Part shown: positions 17,881 to 27,766 of the stretch, piece by piece
Numbering within the stretch: the first letter of the stretch is position 1
Layout of the letters: each line of letters opens with the position of its first letter
Assembly: GCA_918234285.1 (NCBI GenBank)
Contig: CAKJXZ020000030.1
Coordinates: 59,932-123,931, forward strand
DNA from: Pseudomonadota bacterium
GTDB lineage: Bacteria > Pseudomonadota > Alphaproteobacteria > RF32 > CAG-239
Length of the DNA: 64,000 nt
Reading direction: 5' to 3'
Translations under genes and position numbers: made by a program
The notes under the pieces: generated by a model
Told to the model about the DNA's origin: nothing
Databases searched by the model: none
The model's input: only the letters and a program-made list of their open reading frames with translations

Positions 17881-19611
17881 ATGATGATGTCATTAGTGAA
17901 ATGTCCTGAATGTGGTAAAGAAGTCAGTAGTTCTGCAAAAACTTGTCCTCATTGTGGTTATAAACTCGGAAAGAAACATTCCTTTTTAGCATTTTTAATT
18001 ATCCTTATTTTAGGCATCATAGGTATTTCTTCTATATTTGACAATAAGGATACAAATACTTCCGAGGTCAAGAAGACAATTAAGCGAGAATCCGTAAATA
18101 TTGATATACAAGATTTACCTAATTTGGAACAAAACTTCATATCTATCATAAAAAATTATAGTGATTTTGCCCGTAATGTAGATAATCCTGCTCAATATTA
18201 TACATTGCTCAATCAAAGAACCAATCTTATTAAAGACTTATTGCCAAGCAAAGAAGTAAATGAATGGGGAGGAAAAGTAATATCTATTGATATAGGTAAA
18301 GTACAGTATATATGGGGAACGGAAGTAGATGGTATAATTTTAGGCGTACAGATATCTTCATCTCCACAAATTAGGTTAGCATTTATGCTAGATGCAAGAG
18401 ATGTTTTATCAGAACAAATTGCTTTACTTAAAATTGGCGATATAGTGACAATTTCCGGTAAATTCTATGAATTAGAAGGGCATAAATATGAAAATAAGGT
18501 AGATATGCTGACAAAACCTGTTTTTGAGATGTCTCTTTATGGTGTTAAAAGAGGATATAAGGAATATTACTCATATTACGAAAATGGTCCACTACAATCA
18601 GAGTGTAATCATAATATGGACTGCAAATACTATTATTGGAATGGAAATTTGCAATTTGAATGCAATATGAAAGAGGGCAAGAAAAATGGGTATTGTAAAG
18701 CATATTATGAAAATGGCAACGTTCAAAATGAGTGTAATTTCAGTGATGATAAATGCAATGGCATTTATAAAGAATACTATGAAAATGGTTGGTTAAAGGT
18801 AGAAGGTGAAGTCAAAGATGGTAATAGTCATGGCACTTATAAAGAATATTATGAAGATGGGTCATTGCAATTAGAGTGCAATATGAATGAGGGAAAACAA
18901 ACAGGATACAGCAAATGGTACTATGAAAATGGTAACGTTAAAAAAGAAGGACTTTTCAGAGATAATAAGAAAGTTGGAACTTATAAAGAATACAATGAAG
19001 ACGGTATTTTAGTTCTTGATAGTAACTTTGCAAACGATCAGATGAACGGTATTACCAAAACATATGACAATAATGGCAAATTAGAACACGAAAGCAGTAT
19101 GGTAAATGGAAAATTAAATGGACCTACAAAATCATACTATGAAAATGGAAATATCAAGATGGAATATAATTTCAAAGAAGGAATAGCAGATGGAATCCAA
19201 AAAGAATATTATGAAGATGGAAATTTACATAGCGAAGGTAATATGGTGAATGGTAAATTAAATGGTATTAAAAAACGATACTACGATGATGGAAGTTTGC
19301 AAGCAGAACTCTCTTTTCAAAATGGTAAATGGCAAAAGACAGTATATTATGGAAAGAATGGAGAAAAACTTGGTCCAGATGGTTTGGTTATATTTTATTA
19401 TAACAATGGAAATATTGAGTCTGAACGTATGCTAAAAAATGGTAAGGTTGAGGGAGAGTTAAAATTATATAGTATAGATGGCAAATTAAAAAAGACTATG
19501 ACGTATAAAAACGGAAAACTAAATGGTAAAATGGTTTCATATAGTTCAAACGGAGAAGTTACAGAAACAGTTATATACAAAGATGGTGAAATCCAGAGAG
19601 ATAAACAATAA
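17881..19611 (+). CDS. Zinc-ribbon + TM + MORN-variant (YwqK-like) repeat protein
   Basis: CPECGKEVS...CPHCG, hydrophobic helix, many YYENG/YYEDG repeats; AAGGAG RBS. Confidence 0.85.
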   Translation: MMMSLVKCPECGKEVSSSAKTCPHCGYKLGKKHSFLAFLIILILGIIGISSIFDNKDTNTSEVKKTIKRESVNIDIQDLPNLEQNFISIIKNYSDFARNVDNPAQYYTLLNQRTNLIKDLLPSKEVNEWGGKVISIDIGKVQYIWGTEVDGIILGVQISSSPQIRLAFMLDARDVLSEQIALLKIGDIVTISGKFYELEGHKYENKVDMLTKPVFEMSLYGVKRGYKEYYSYYENGPLQSECNHNMDCKYYYWNGNLQFECNMKEGKKNGYCKAYYENGNVQNECNFSDDKCNGIYKEYYENGWLKVEGEVKDGNSHGTYKEYYEDGSLQLECNMNEGKQTGYSKWYYENGNVKKEGLFRDNKKVGTYKEYNEDGILVLDSNFANDQMNGITKTYDNNGKLEHESSMVNGKLNGPTKSYYENGNIKMEYNFKEGIADGIQKEYYEDGNLHSEGNMVNGKLNGIKKRYYDDGSLQAELSFQNGKWQKTVYYGKNGEKLGPDGLVIFYYNNGNIESERMLKNGKVEGELKLYSIDGKLKKTMTYKNGKLNGKMVSYSSNGEVTETVIYKDGEIQRDKQ

Positions 19612-19620
19612 CAATATGCT

Positions 19621-20235
19621 CTACATATTCAATGTTTCCAAAGCGTTTTGAATATTCTTAGGATTAGAACGATAGTAGATGCTAAGGGTTTGAATAGATG
19701 AATGACCGCTTATCTGTTGTATCAACGGCAACGGATAGTTAGCATCCATAAGTTTAGTTAAACAACTTGCTCTTAAACTATGAACTCTGTATTGCTTATC
19801 TAAACCGACACCATCATATACTTGCCGAAAGATATGGATTATCTGTTGCTTTGAGAGATGCGAACCTTTGTTGGATTTGAACAGATAATCATTCGGTTTT
19901 GGCGTATAATAAGGATTTGAAAGCAAATATTTGGCATACTTCTTCAATTCTTGTTTCATAGTGTCGTTAAAATAAACTTGTAGTGCCTTTTTACCACCTT
20001 TATTCTGTTCAGGTTGTAATAAGAATGAATCAACAGGGTTGAAGTTATCATCATATACTTGCCCGATAGTGAGTTTTTGAACTGAATGAATACGAAGTGC
20101 TGTCATTAACATCATCATAAACATCAATCTCGTTCTTTCACTATGTGAAGGCATATCGTTGATGAACCGCAAGCAATTTTTGATGTCGGTATCCGTCAAT
20201 AACTTTGATTTTCCTTTCTTCATTTTACTCTCCAT
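19621..20235 (-). CDS. Small tyrosine recombinase (catalytic domain only, resolvase-like)
   Basis: TALRI, HSLR, SGHSSIQT..YY catalytic motifs. Confidence 0.9.
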   Translation of the reverse strand: MESKMKKGKSKLLTDTDIKNCLRFINDMPSHSERTRLMFMMMLMTALRIHSVQKLTIGQVYDDNFNPVDSFLLQPEQNKGGKKALQVYFNDTMKQELKKYAKYLLSNPYYTPKPNDYLFKSNKGSHLSKQQIIHIFRQVYDGVGLDKQYRVHSLRASCLTKLMDANYPLPLIQQISGHSSIQTLSIYYRSNPKNIQNALETLNM

Positions 20236-20340
20236 ATAATATTCATTAAAGTATATAAAATATATATAAATGAAAATAAATAAAATGTCAAGAAAAATCC
20301 TGAAATCAAAGAGTTAGGTGAAATAAGGGTTTGCTCAAAA

Positions 20341-20370
20341 AATCTTCAAAAATGTATATTTGTGAAGATT
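20341..20370. other. Putative tyrosine-recombinase core site
   Basis: aatcttcaaaa-atgtatat-ttgtgaagatt: 11-8-11 layout, arms 10/11 complementary; directly upstream of the small recombinase. Confidence 0.6.
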
Positions 20371-20398
20371 TAGTTGAATCTTTGTTTTGATGTTGAAA

Positions 20399-22480
20399 TT
20401 ATCTCTTTATCTTGGAACGATGATATTCTCGTTTCTTCGGCATATCGGTCGGGCGGACTTTGAGTTTCTCCCAGTCAATCATCGGGAACTCCAACTTATC
20501 AAGTGCATACTTCAACCGCTCCAATGGTATCATTCCGTTGTTGTATGACGAATACGCACGCCTATCATTTTTGCTCCAACCACCAATCTCTATGGCATAA
20601 GAATCAACGAACCCGAGCATCTTCATATTTTGTGCCAAGTTATGACGGAACGAGTGAAAGACTTTTGTAGCACTACGAATCTTCAACTTGTTCAAATACT
20701 TTGCAAACCATCCGCCAACATACTTGCCGTATCTATCATTTGAATTATACGCCAACTCAAACAATTTTTTGTGCAGATGTTTTTTTCTCTCGCCCACATA
20801 GTCCAAGAATCCCAAATCCAGTATCTTTTGCGGAATTGGAACAATACGAATGTTTTGAGTCTTGGTGCGTTTCACTTCCTTTTTCTTTGAGGCAGTTTCT
20901 CGGTCATCTGGTGAGATATGCAGACAATAGATTCCGCTGTGCTTTTGAATATCAGCAACATCAAGTTGGCATAACTCATTTAAGCGACAACCAAGGAATA
21001 GTGCCAATAAAGGAATCCAAAACAATTCGGGATGTAAGGCAGGAGTATCTTTAACTATGCATTGGGGATATGTTCGGTAATCAAATATTTTCGCCAACTC
21101 ATCATCCGTAAAATGTTCGTAGGACTGCTTTTTCCCTTTGGCATACTTAATCTTGTATCTGCTAAACGGATTGGAATAAATGATTTCCTCTTGCAACAAG
21201 AAGTTCGCAAATGTGTTGAACAACTTGATGTGTCCTCTTATCGTTGGGTCGCTTATTTTTGGAACACTTATTTTATCGGCACATTCCTTAAGCACTTCAA
21301 AAACATCTCTATCCTTAAACTTTTGTTGGAAGTTAGCAGGCAAGAGTTTCAAGTTCTTTTCAAGTTCCTCAATGTCTTGCTTACAGATTTTATCAACGCC
21401 TTTATACTTCACCAATTCAAACATACGGAGCAACATATTCTTGTGTGAAGATATTGTTTTTGCCGACACACCCTGCAATTTCTGCTCTTTCTCCCACATC
21501 TGCAAATACTTCTTGTAGTCAAATACTGGTGATTTAACAGCAATTTGCTCCAAATGATTCTTATTCAAACTCTTTGCAGTATCAAGTATTGTGGTAAAAT
21601 ATATAGAGATTGGATATTCTTTTCCCGTTTTGATAGATTCCAAATAGTTGAGCAATAGTTCTTCCGATTCACGCATTTTATCAGCAAGTTCTGCCAAAGA
21701 AAACATCATATCACCGATATCGTAGTCCTCATCACCTTTATGTCGTTCCAAAACATCTTGCAAATCTTCATTATTGTTGCCAACAATCTCATAATCATTC
21801 TTATCAAAGGCATAAATGATTGCATTGGGATTGTCCTGCAAAATATCCACCAACTCTCTATCAACATTACGATTCACAATATCCTTATTTAATACTTTGA
21901 GTATGTAATCGTATAGTTGGTTATACTTCACACTTTCTGACGGATTGGCGATTCGTTCTTCTTCAATGGTTCTTACCTTGTATCCGTCATAAACATCTTG
22001 CTTTATAAGCGTTTCAAAAATTGTTTCACCATCAGGTGTTTCGTATTCAACATCTGCGAGTCGCTCCATATCTGTCAAGTGAATTGGGCGATAGAAGCAG
22101 AAGTCCTTAAATGTTTTCTTGCCCGACTTAATGTCGCTCTCGTATCGTTCAACTTTCTTCAACACATCCAACCACCACTGCACGAAGATATGCTTAACCT
22201 CAGTATAAGTCAGACATAACCTTATTTCCTTGGTGTGTTTGTGTCGCAGTTTCAACATCTCTTGATACTTCCTCTCATAGGATTGTATGAGCAAATCTGT
22301 TTTGTAGGCATATTCCTTAACTTTATGGAGTGCTTGGTAATAATCCTTTGTGAATAAAGAATAGAAGAAGTTTTTGCGTTTGGCAATCTCCACCAGATGT
22401 TTAGGCACAACGAATCGTGCATAATAGGTATGATTCCTTATTGTCAGATGTGGATATAAAGAAAGCATTTGTTGTATCAC
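20399..22480 (-). CDS. Site-specific integrase (tyrosine recombinase with DUF6538-like N-terminus)
   Basis: TYYARFVVPKHL N-terminus; GCRLNELCQL, KTQN.R.VPI, FHSFRH, IGGW...Y; true start may be ATG at 22468. Confidence 0.92.
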   Translation of the reverse strand: MIQQMLSLYPHLTIRNHTYYARFVVPKHLVEIAKRKNFFYSLFTKDYYQALHKVKEYAYKTDLLIQSYERKYQEMLKLRHKHTKEIRLCLTYTEVKHIFVQWWLDVLKKVERYESDIKSGKKTFKDFCFYRPIHLTDMERLADVEYETPDGETIFETLIKQDVYDGYKVRTIEEERIANPSESVKYNQLYDYILKVLNKDIVNRNVDRELVDILQDNPNAIIYAFDKNDYEIVGNNNEDLQDVLERHKGDEDYDIGDMMFSLAELADKMRESEELLLNYLESIKTGKEYPISIYFTTILDTAKSLNKNHLEQIAVKSPVFDYKKYLQMWEKEQKLQGVSAKTISSHKNMLLRMFELVKYKGVDKICKQDIEELEKNLKLLPANFQQKFKDRDVFEVLKECADKISVPKISDPTIRGHIKLFNTFANFLLQEEIIYSNPFSRYKIKYAKGKKQSYEHFTDDELAKIFDYRTYPQCIVKDTPALHPELFWIPLLALFLGCRLNELCQLDVADIQKHSGIYCLHISPDDRETASKKKEVKRTKTQNIRIVPIPQKILDLGFLDYVGERKKHLHKKLFELAYNSNDRYGKYVGGWFAKYLNKLKIRSATKVFHSFRHNLAQNMKMLGFVDSYAIEIGGWSKNDRRAYSSYNNGMIPLERLKYALDKLEFPMIDWEKLKVRPTDMPKKREYHRSKIKR

Positions 22481-22554
22481 CCCTTTGCATCACCTTTTTT
22501 AAAGGTATTTTTCAGCAAAAATTATTGTGATAAAACAAATGCTTATAAATAAAG

Positions 22555-22646
22555 TGGCGGTGAGATAGGGATTCGAACCCTAGGTACGCGGTAAAACGTA
22601 CAATTGATTTCGAGTCAACCGCATTCGACCACTCTGCCATCTCACC
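22555..22646 (-). tRNA. tRNA-Ser(CGA)
   Basis: ggtgagatggcagagtggtcgaatgcg...ct-CGA-aa...long variable arm...ggttcgaatccctatctcaccgcca. Confidence 0.95.
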
Positions 22647-22805
22647 TTAAAACGTATCCTTATTATTCTATTTTACTTCAAATTGCAACAGTTTAATTTG
22701 CTAAAAACACATTTTTTTTAAAGCTTTTACTTTTTATGTAAAAAATACTGGACAAGTCCGGCGAAAAATGCTAAATTGACAAAAAATCGAAAAAGGAATA
22801 AATCT

Positions 22806-23486
22806 ATGACTCGTAAAAAACAATTTGTCTTAACACCGGAAACAATTGACAAATGGCAACGCACCAAAAAACTTGAGAATGTCGAATACCGCGTTGTCTG
22901 CGCCAAAGATATCATTAATGGCAAAGAATGTATTCATATCGCACCCAGCAAAAATACTTTGCATGAGGATATTATGTTCGAAATTATGCGGCGCAATCCG
23001 TCGGCACGCGATATGGCCGGCCGCGTTTTGCTCTACGATATGGGTGAAGGCAAAGAGCCTTTAGTTAAATTCGATACTCTCGAATTTCCCTCCATGCTTA
23101 CTCAATATTGGGATTGGGACGAGCGAGTTATACCGCATTTGGAACCTTTAATAAAGCAAAGATTTCAACAAATGCGTGCCGAAGGTAAAAAGGCCACATT
23201 ACATATTGATCATTCCAAAGATTTTGCCAGTGATGACTATTGGGATAGAGTATTTGCCCAACATGAAGAACTTAACAAAAAATTTGCCGGTCGCAATTTG
23301 ATGAGTAAAATTGAGGACTTTGCCCCCAAAAATCCACAAGAAGAACAAATTAAAGAACAGTCGTTGCGCCGCATAAAACGCGAACATGATGTAGAACAGG
23401 CAGAAGCAGTCAGGGCTCATCAGGATTCGCAACACAATCGAATCAGCGTTCTTTTGTGGAAACAGGCTAAAAATCGGGGAGATTAA
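22806..23486 (+). CDS. Hypothetical protein, paralog 1 of tandem triplet
   Basis: YRVVC...IHIAP...LH...AGRVLLYDMGEG shared with the next two ORFs. Confidence 0.8.
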   Translation: MTRKKQFVLTPETIDKWQRTKKLENVEYRVVCAKDIINGKECIHIAPSKNTLHEDIMFEIMRRNPSARDMAGRVLLYDMGEGKEPLVKFDTLEFPSMLTQYWDWDERVIPHLEPLIKQRFQQMRAEGKKATLHIDHSKDFASDDYWDRVFAQHEELNKKFAGRNLMSKIEDFAPKNPQEEQIKEQSLRRIKREHDVEQAEAVRAHQDSQHNRISVLLWKQAKNRGD

Positions 23487-24074
23487 ATGCGTTGTATCGG
23501 TAAAGAATATCGCGTTGTTTGCTCACAAACTCCGGACAAGCACACTTTTATTGACATTGCTCCCGCCGACAATGCCTTGCATCAGCTTATTCTCAAAGAA
23601 CGGGCGCAACGCAACAATGCAGCCGAAGTTATTGCCGGATCGATAAAGCTTTATGATATGGGCGAAGGAAACCGTCCGGAAATTATATTTTTGCCGCCGG
23701 AAAACGGTGGTCTGCCGGAAGTTGAACTTTCTACGGCCGAAGAAAACCTTTTGCGCCGCAAAATCACTCTGCGTTTTGAGGAAATGATGGCGCAAAATCA
23801 GCAAAGCACCATCACGGTAAGACCGGAAATCCATCACGAATACGTCAACAGCATTGTTGACGGAATGAAAAACGCGTTGGAAGCATCTTTGCAAGCCGCC
23901 AAAGCACCGCAATCACCGGCGGAAGAACAAAACAAAATCCTCGCCGAGCGCCGCAACCGCGCCGACCGCAACCGTGCACAAACTGCGGAATATTTACGTC
24001 GCCGCGATGAAAAATACACAAAATATAACTTGACATCTTTGCAAATTAAGCAATTATTGCACCGTGATTATTGA
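23487..24074 (+). CDS. Hypothetical protein, paralog 2 of tandem triplet
   Basis: YRVVC...IDIAP...LH...AGSIKLYDMGEG. Confidence 0.8.
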   Translation: MRCIGKEYRVVCSQTPDKHTFIDIAPADNALHQLILKERAQRNNAAEVIAGSIKLYDMGEGNRPEIIFLPPENGGLPEVELSTAEENLLRRKITLRFEEMMAQNQQSTITVRPEIHHEYVNSIVDGMKNALEASLQAAKAPQSPAEEQNKILAERRNRADRNRAQTAEYLRRRDEKYTKYNLTSLQIKQLLHRDY

Positions 24075-24084
24075 AAGAAGAAAA

Positions 24085-24732
24085 ATGGAAATAAAAAAGT
24101 ACAAAGTCGTATGCTCGCAGCCTAAATTCTCGGACGATATATATATTGACATCGCGCCGAGCGATGGCATTATTCACGACCAAATTTATTTCAGCCGGAT
24201 TATGCTGCATCGGCAAATCAGCAACCAGCCGCTGTCGCGCCTGTACGGCTCCATCTATTTGCAAGACGATAACGGCGATGTCGCGGTAGAATTTCCCAAA
24301 CCGCAGGCCCCGAAAAATTCGCCGATGTATAAGGGAATTATGAATCAATATTCTTTTTTGGAAGCGCAAATCAAAGAAAGCTACCGCAAAATGCGGCAAA
24401 CCGGCGGCGAATCCACTCTCAAAGTGTGTAGCGTCAACCAGATGTTTGAACTCTCCGAGCGGAAAAATGCCGAAGCCGCCGCCTTTGAAAAAAGACGTCG
24501 CGAAAGAATGCAAATGATTGCGGAAAAGACCGCCAAAACGGCAGATTACAAACAAAAGCACGCCGCACAAATCGCGCCGCATTTCCCGCAGACGCCGCAA
24601 GAAGAACAACGCCTGCAACAAGAACGGCAAATCGCTTCGGCGCGCCAACTTCGCACGATTGTCGAACAAAAGCGTGCTACGGAAACGACTCCGGCATGGT
24701 TGCGCTTTCAAAAAGAATACAGCGGCGATTAA
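24085..24732 (+). CDS. Hypothetical protein, paralog 3 of tandem triplet
   Basis: YKVVC...IDIAP...IH...GSIYLQD. Confidence 0.8.
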   Translation: MEIKKYKVVCSQPKFSDDIYIDIAPSDGIIHDQIYFSRIMLHRQISNQPLSRLYGSIYLQDDNGDVAVEFPKPQAPKNSPMYKGIMNQYSFLEAQIKESYRKMRQTGGESTLKVCSVNQMFELSERKNAEAAAFEKRRRERMQMIAEKTAKTADYKQKHAAQIAPHFPQTPQEEQRLQQERQIASARQLRTIVEQKRATETTPAWLRFQKEYSGD

Positions 24733-24824
24733 TTTATTTCATAAAAACATTGCATTTTTCCGGCGGATATGTTAGCGTATCCGCCGGAATTAGTATTATT
24801 TACAAACATTTAAACACTATAATT

Positions 24825-25799
24825 ATGGATAAAAACAGAGTATTGCATGAAATGCAAATGTGGCAGCAAGACGACTGCAGCAAGTTCGGAGAATACGACA
24901 CCCTGTGGGAAATGTTCCGCACGGTTGTGACTTCAAGCAGCTGGGGCAGTGCCGAATTCGGCGGCCCGGTGTGGCTGATGGATTTTTCGTTGGCCAATCT
25001 GCAAAGACTTTTTCCCGAAAATCCGTGGCTTGAAGCGATGGAAAAAGAGTGGGAAAAAGGCAAGTGGGATCACAGCGGACAGGCTAAATCCGACGTGCTT
25101 AACCGATTTTCCGAGTGGTTTCAATTCCGCGCCGAACATTTGGTAAATACGCTCGGCTTAGGTAACGTTATCATCAAGCAGGAAAGCTCGCATGACGGCA
25201 ACATTTCGCTCTACGGCTGGTGCCTTTTCTTGGATGTTGTACAAGAATTGGTCGGCGGCATAGTCGAACGAACGCATCATCAAACGATGTTGAAATTCGA
25301 TTTTTCGTATGCCGAGGTTGATGCGGTTATTCGCGGCAACTTCTTTACCCGTCTGAAAAGCGACACCATGGTCAGCAGATTTCCGGGTGGTTACGGTGCC
25401 GGTTTTCACTACTGCAAGCACAGCGATGTTTACGGCAACTGCTATCTTCTGGAACACTTCAGCGAAACTAAGGGCTATGTGATTCCGGAAACCGCTCCGG
25501 AAAAATTCCTGATGCTGATTGTAAATGACCTGATGGAATGCAAGGCACAAGGTTACGGCAACAAGTCGGACAAAGACGGACGTGTTGTTCCCTACCCGCA
25601 GATGAAGTTTGAACAATATCTCGACATTCACCGCGGCATGGGCTGTCATTTCCGCCCGACAAGCGATGTCTTTCAATGGTGGAACAAACACGGTTTGGTT
25701 CAGGAAATCAAAATCGAATTGCCGCAGATTGACGCCAAGTACGGTGAGTTTTGGCATCGCCAATTCCCACCCAAACAAAACTGGCGTACCATAAAGTAA
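24825..25799 (+). CDS. Hypothetical protein
   Basis: Long Trp-rich ORF with its own terminator; no family recognised. Confidence 0.65.
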   Translation: MDKNRVLHEMQMWQQDDCSKFGEYDTLWEMFRTVVTSSSWGSAEFGGPVWLMDFSLANLQRLFPENPWLEAMEKEWEKGKWDHSGQAKSDVLNRFSEWFQFRAEHLVNTLGLGNVIIKQESSHDGNISLYGWCLFLDVVQELVGGIVERTHHQTMLKFDFSYAEVDAVIRGNFFTRLKSDTMVSRFPGGYGAGFHYCKHSDVYGNCYLLEHFSETKGYVIPETAPEKFLMLIVNDLMECKAQGYGNKSDKDGRVVPYPQMKFEQYLDIHRGMGCHFRPTSDVFQWWNKHGLVQEIKIELPQIDAKYGEFWHRQFPPKQNWRTIK

Positions 25800-25807
25800 G
25801 TACAAAG

Positions 25808-25839
25808 AAAAATCGTCCGACTAACCTCGGACGATTTTT
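25808..25839. terminator. Bidirectional intrinsic terminator
   Basis: aaaaatcgtccga-ctaacc-tcggacgattttt between convergent genes. Confidence 0.75.
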
Positions 25840-26607
25840 TTACACCTTGTGCGGTAAAAGCGCATATATCCAATCAGTCAGTCGATTCGGCAAAATCGAC
25901 AAGAACCACGTTGCCAGACGCATCGGCCACGGAAACGCTATCAACCCCACATTATCTTCGAGCCGCGCCACAATGATTTCAGCCGCCTTTTCCGCACTCA
26001 TAAAAAACGGCATCGGGCAGGTATTTTTATCGGTAATTCTCGACTTCACAAACCCCGGACAAATTACACACACGTCAATATTATCCGCTTTCAGACTGCC
26101 GCGCAACGCCTCGCCGTAAGCCTTAACGCAAGCTTTGGTCGCGCTGTATGACGGGCAACTCGGCAAACCGTGATAGCCGGCAATTGACGCGGTAATCGCG
26201 ATGGTTTTCGCCGCTTTTTTATCCTCCCGCGCCGCAAAAATTTCGGCCGCCGGCGTTACCGTATTCAGCACCCCGAACACATTGGTATTAAAGGTATTAT
26301 ACACATTTTCCGCGGTTTCTTCGCCGGTGGAAACTCCGGCATTGGCAAACACCAAATCCAACTCCGCCGTTTGGTTGCAAGCCTTAATCCATGCTGCCAT
26401 CGCCTCTTTATCGCACACGCTGATAATTTGCGGATAAACCGTTGCTCCTAAAGCCCGACAACGTGCCGCAACATCATTGAGCCGCTCGGCATTGCGCCCG
26501 CTTAAAAACAAATTTTTGGCACCGATAAGTGCAAAACGCAGCGCCACCGCTTCTCCGATACCCGACGATGCGCCGGTAATCAGAACATTATTAAATTTCT
26601 TTTGCAT
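25840..26607 (-). CDS. SDR family oxidoreductase
   Basis: ITGASSGIG, ANAG, YSATK. Confidence 0.93.
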   Translation of the reverse strand: MQKKFNNVLITGASSGIGEAVALRFALIGAKNLFLSGRNAERLNDVAARCRALGATVYPQIISVCDKEAMAAWIKACNQTAELDLVFANAGVSTGEETAENVYNTFNTNVFGVLNTVTPAAEIFAAREDKKAAKTIAITASIAGYHGLPSCPSYSATKACVKAYGEALRGSLKADNIDVCVICPGFVKSRITDKNTCPMPFFMSAEKAAEIIVARLEDNVGLIAFPWPMRLATWFLSILPNRLTDWIYALLPHKV

Positions 26608-26697
26608 ATTCGTAATATCCTTCTGGAAATTTACCGATTATTATAATATAAGTGAGTAAAGTCTACAATGTATGCTTTTATTTTGCAAGAGGAAGAT

Positions 26698-27360
26698 ATG
26701 GCCGAAATTTTAAATCGCTTAAACGAAGTCCGCCGCGGTGTTATGTTTATTATCGAAGCACCGTCCGGCACCGGTAAAACCACCGTTGTAAAAAAACTTT
26801 TGGAACAGGATAAAAAACTGAACTGGTCGGTTTCGGTAACCACCCGTGCTCCGCGCGCCGGCGAACAAAACGGCGTCGACTACTACTTTATCAGCGATGA
26901 AGAATACGATAAATTATTGCAAGAAGATGCTTTTTACGAACACGTGGATTCGCAATACGGCAGCCGCTACGGTACTCTGCGCTCCGAGGTCGATGAATTT
27001 TTAAATATCGGACAAGACGTGTTGTTTGATATGGATTGGGAAGGTATGCGCCAAATGAAGGCCAAAGCTCCCGATGACGTGGTTTCGGTTTATTTATTGC
27101 CGCCGTCAATCAAAGAACTGCGCCGCCGTTTGGAGGGACGCAGTACCGACAGCAAAGAAATCATTGAAAAACGCATGGGGTTGGTGCTCGAAAAATTGCA
27201 GCATTGGACCGAATACGACTATGTGGTTATTTGCGGCGATTTAGACCAAACCGTCGATACGATTCGCCAGATTTTTTCAGCCGAAAGAATGAAACGCAAA
27301 CGCCAAATCGGCCTGATTGAATTTACGCAAAAACTGATTGATGAGGTAAAAAATGGATAA
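26698..27360 (+). CDS. gmk: Guanylate kinase
   Basis: APSGTGKTT, SVSVTTRAPRAGE..GVDYYF, YGT, LLPPS. Confidence 0.96.
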   Translation: MAEILNRLNEVRRGVMFIIEAPSGTGKTTVVKKLLEQDKKLNWSVSVTTRAPRAGEQNGVDYYFISDEEYDKLLQEDAFYEHVDSQYGSRYGTLRSEVDEFLNIGQDVLFDMDWEGMRQMKAKAPDDVVSVYLLPPSIKELRRRLEGRSTDSKEIIEKRMGLVLEKLQHWTEYDYVVICGDLDQTVDTIRQIFSAERMKRKRQIGLIEFTQKLIDEVKNG

Positions 27361-27766
27361 GTTGCCGTTTATCAACAAATACGGACGAATTACCTACTGC
27401 ATCGACGCGCTGACTTTTGTGCGGCAAAGAAATTATATTATCATCAAAAAAGACTCCTCTTTGTTATGCGGTTATAATGCCGACGATGAGCTTTATTCGT
27501 TACCATCCGATAACGATGTCGAAATAGTTGCCGAACCGACGTTGGCATTTACGGTTCTGTCTTATGTGTATGAAAACAAGCACCCCATAAAAGAAACTCA
27601 AACTTATCGCTTTTATGACGTTAAAGATGTCGACTTGGCCGATACCCCTTTACAATGGTGTACCATCCGGGATATTGCCCTCAAAAAAGTTATGTTTAAT
27701 GCTACGCAGATGATTGGGATTAAAAATTTATTGGTAAGGATAAATAAAAATGAAGAAAATTTATGA
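27353..27766 (+). CDS. Hypothetical protein
   Basis: Overlap-coupled between gmk and cysK; GAGG RBS. Confidence 0.65.
   Translation: MDKLPFINKYGRITYCIDALTFVRQRNYIIIKKDSSLLCGYNADDELYSLPSDNDVEIVAEPTLAFTVLSYVYENKHPIKETQTYRFYDVKDVDLADTPLQWCTIRDIALKKVMFNATQMIGIKNLLVRINKNEENL

Larger units (their letters stand above)
14931..22571. mobile_element. Genomic island integrated in tRNA-Ser(CGA), ~7.6 kb
   Basis: 17-bp direct repeats, integrase adjacent to the tRNA, visibly AT-rich interior. Confidence 0.92.

Noticed and set aside
18560-19611. Diversity-generating retroelement target in the MORN repeats
   Set aside because: No reverse transcriptase and no adenine-specific TR/VR pair were seen; these are ordinary protein repeats.
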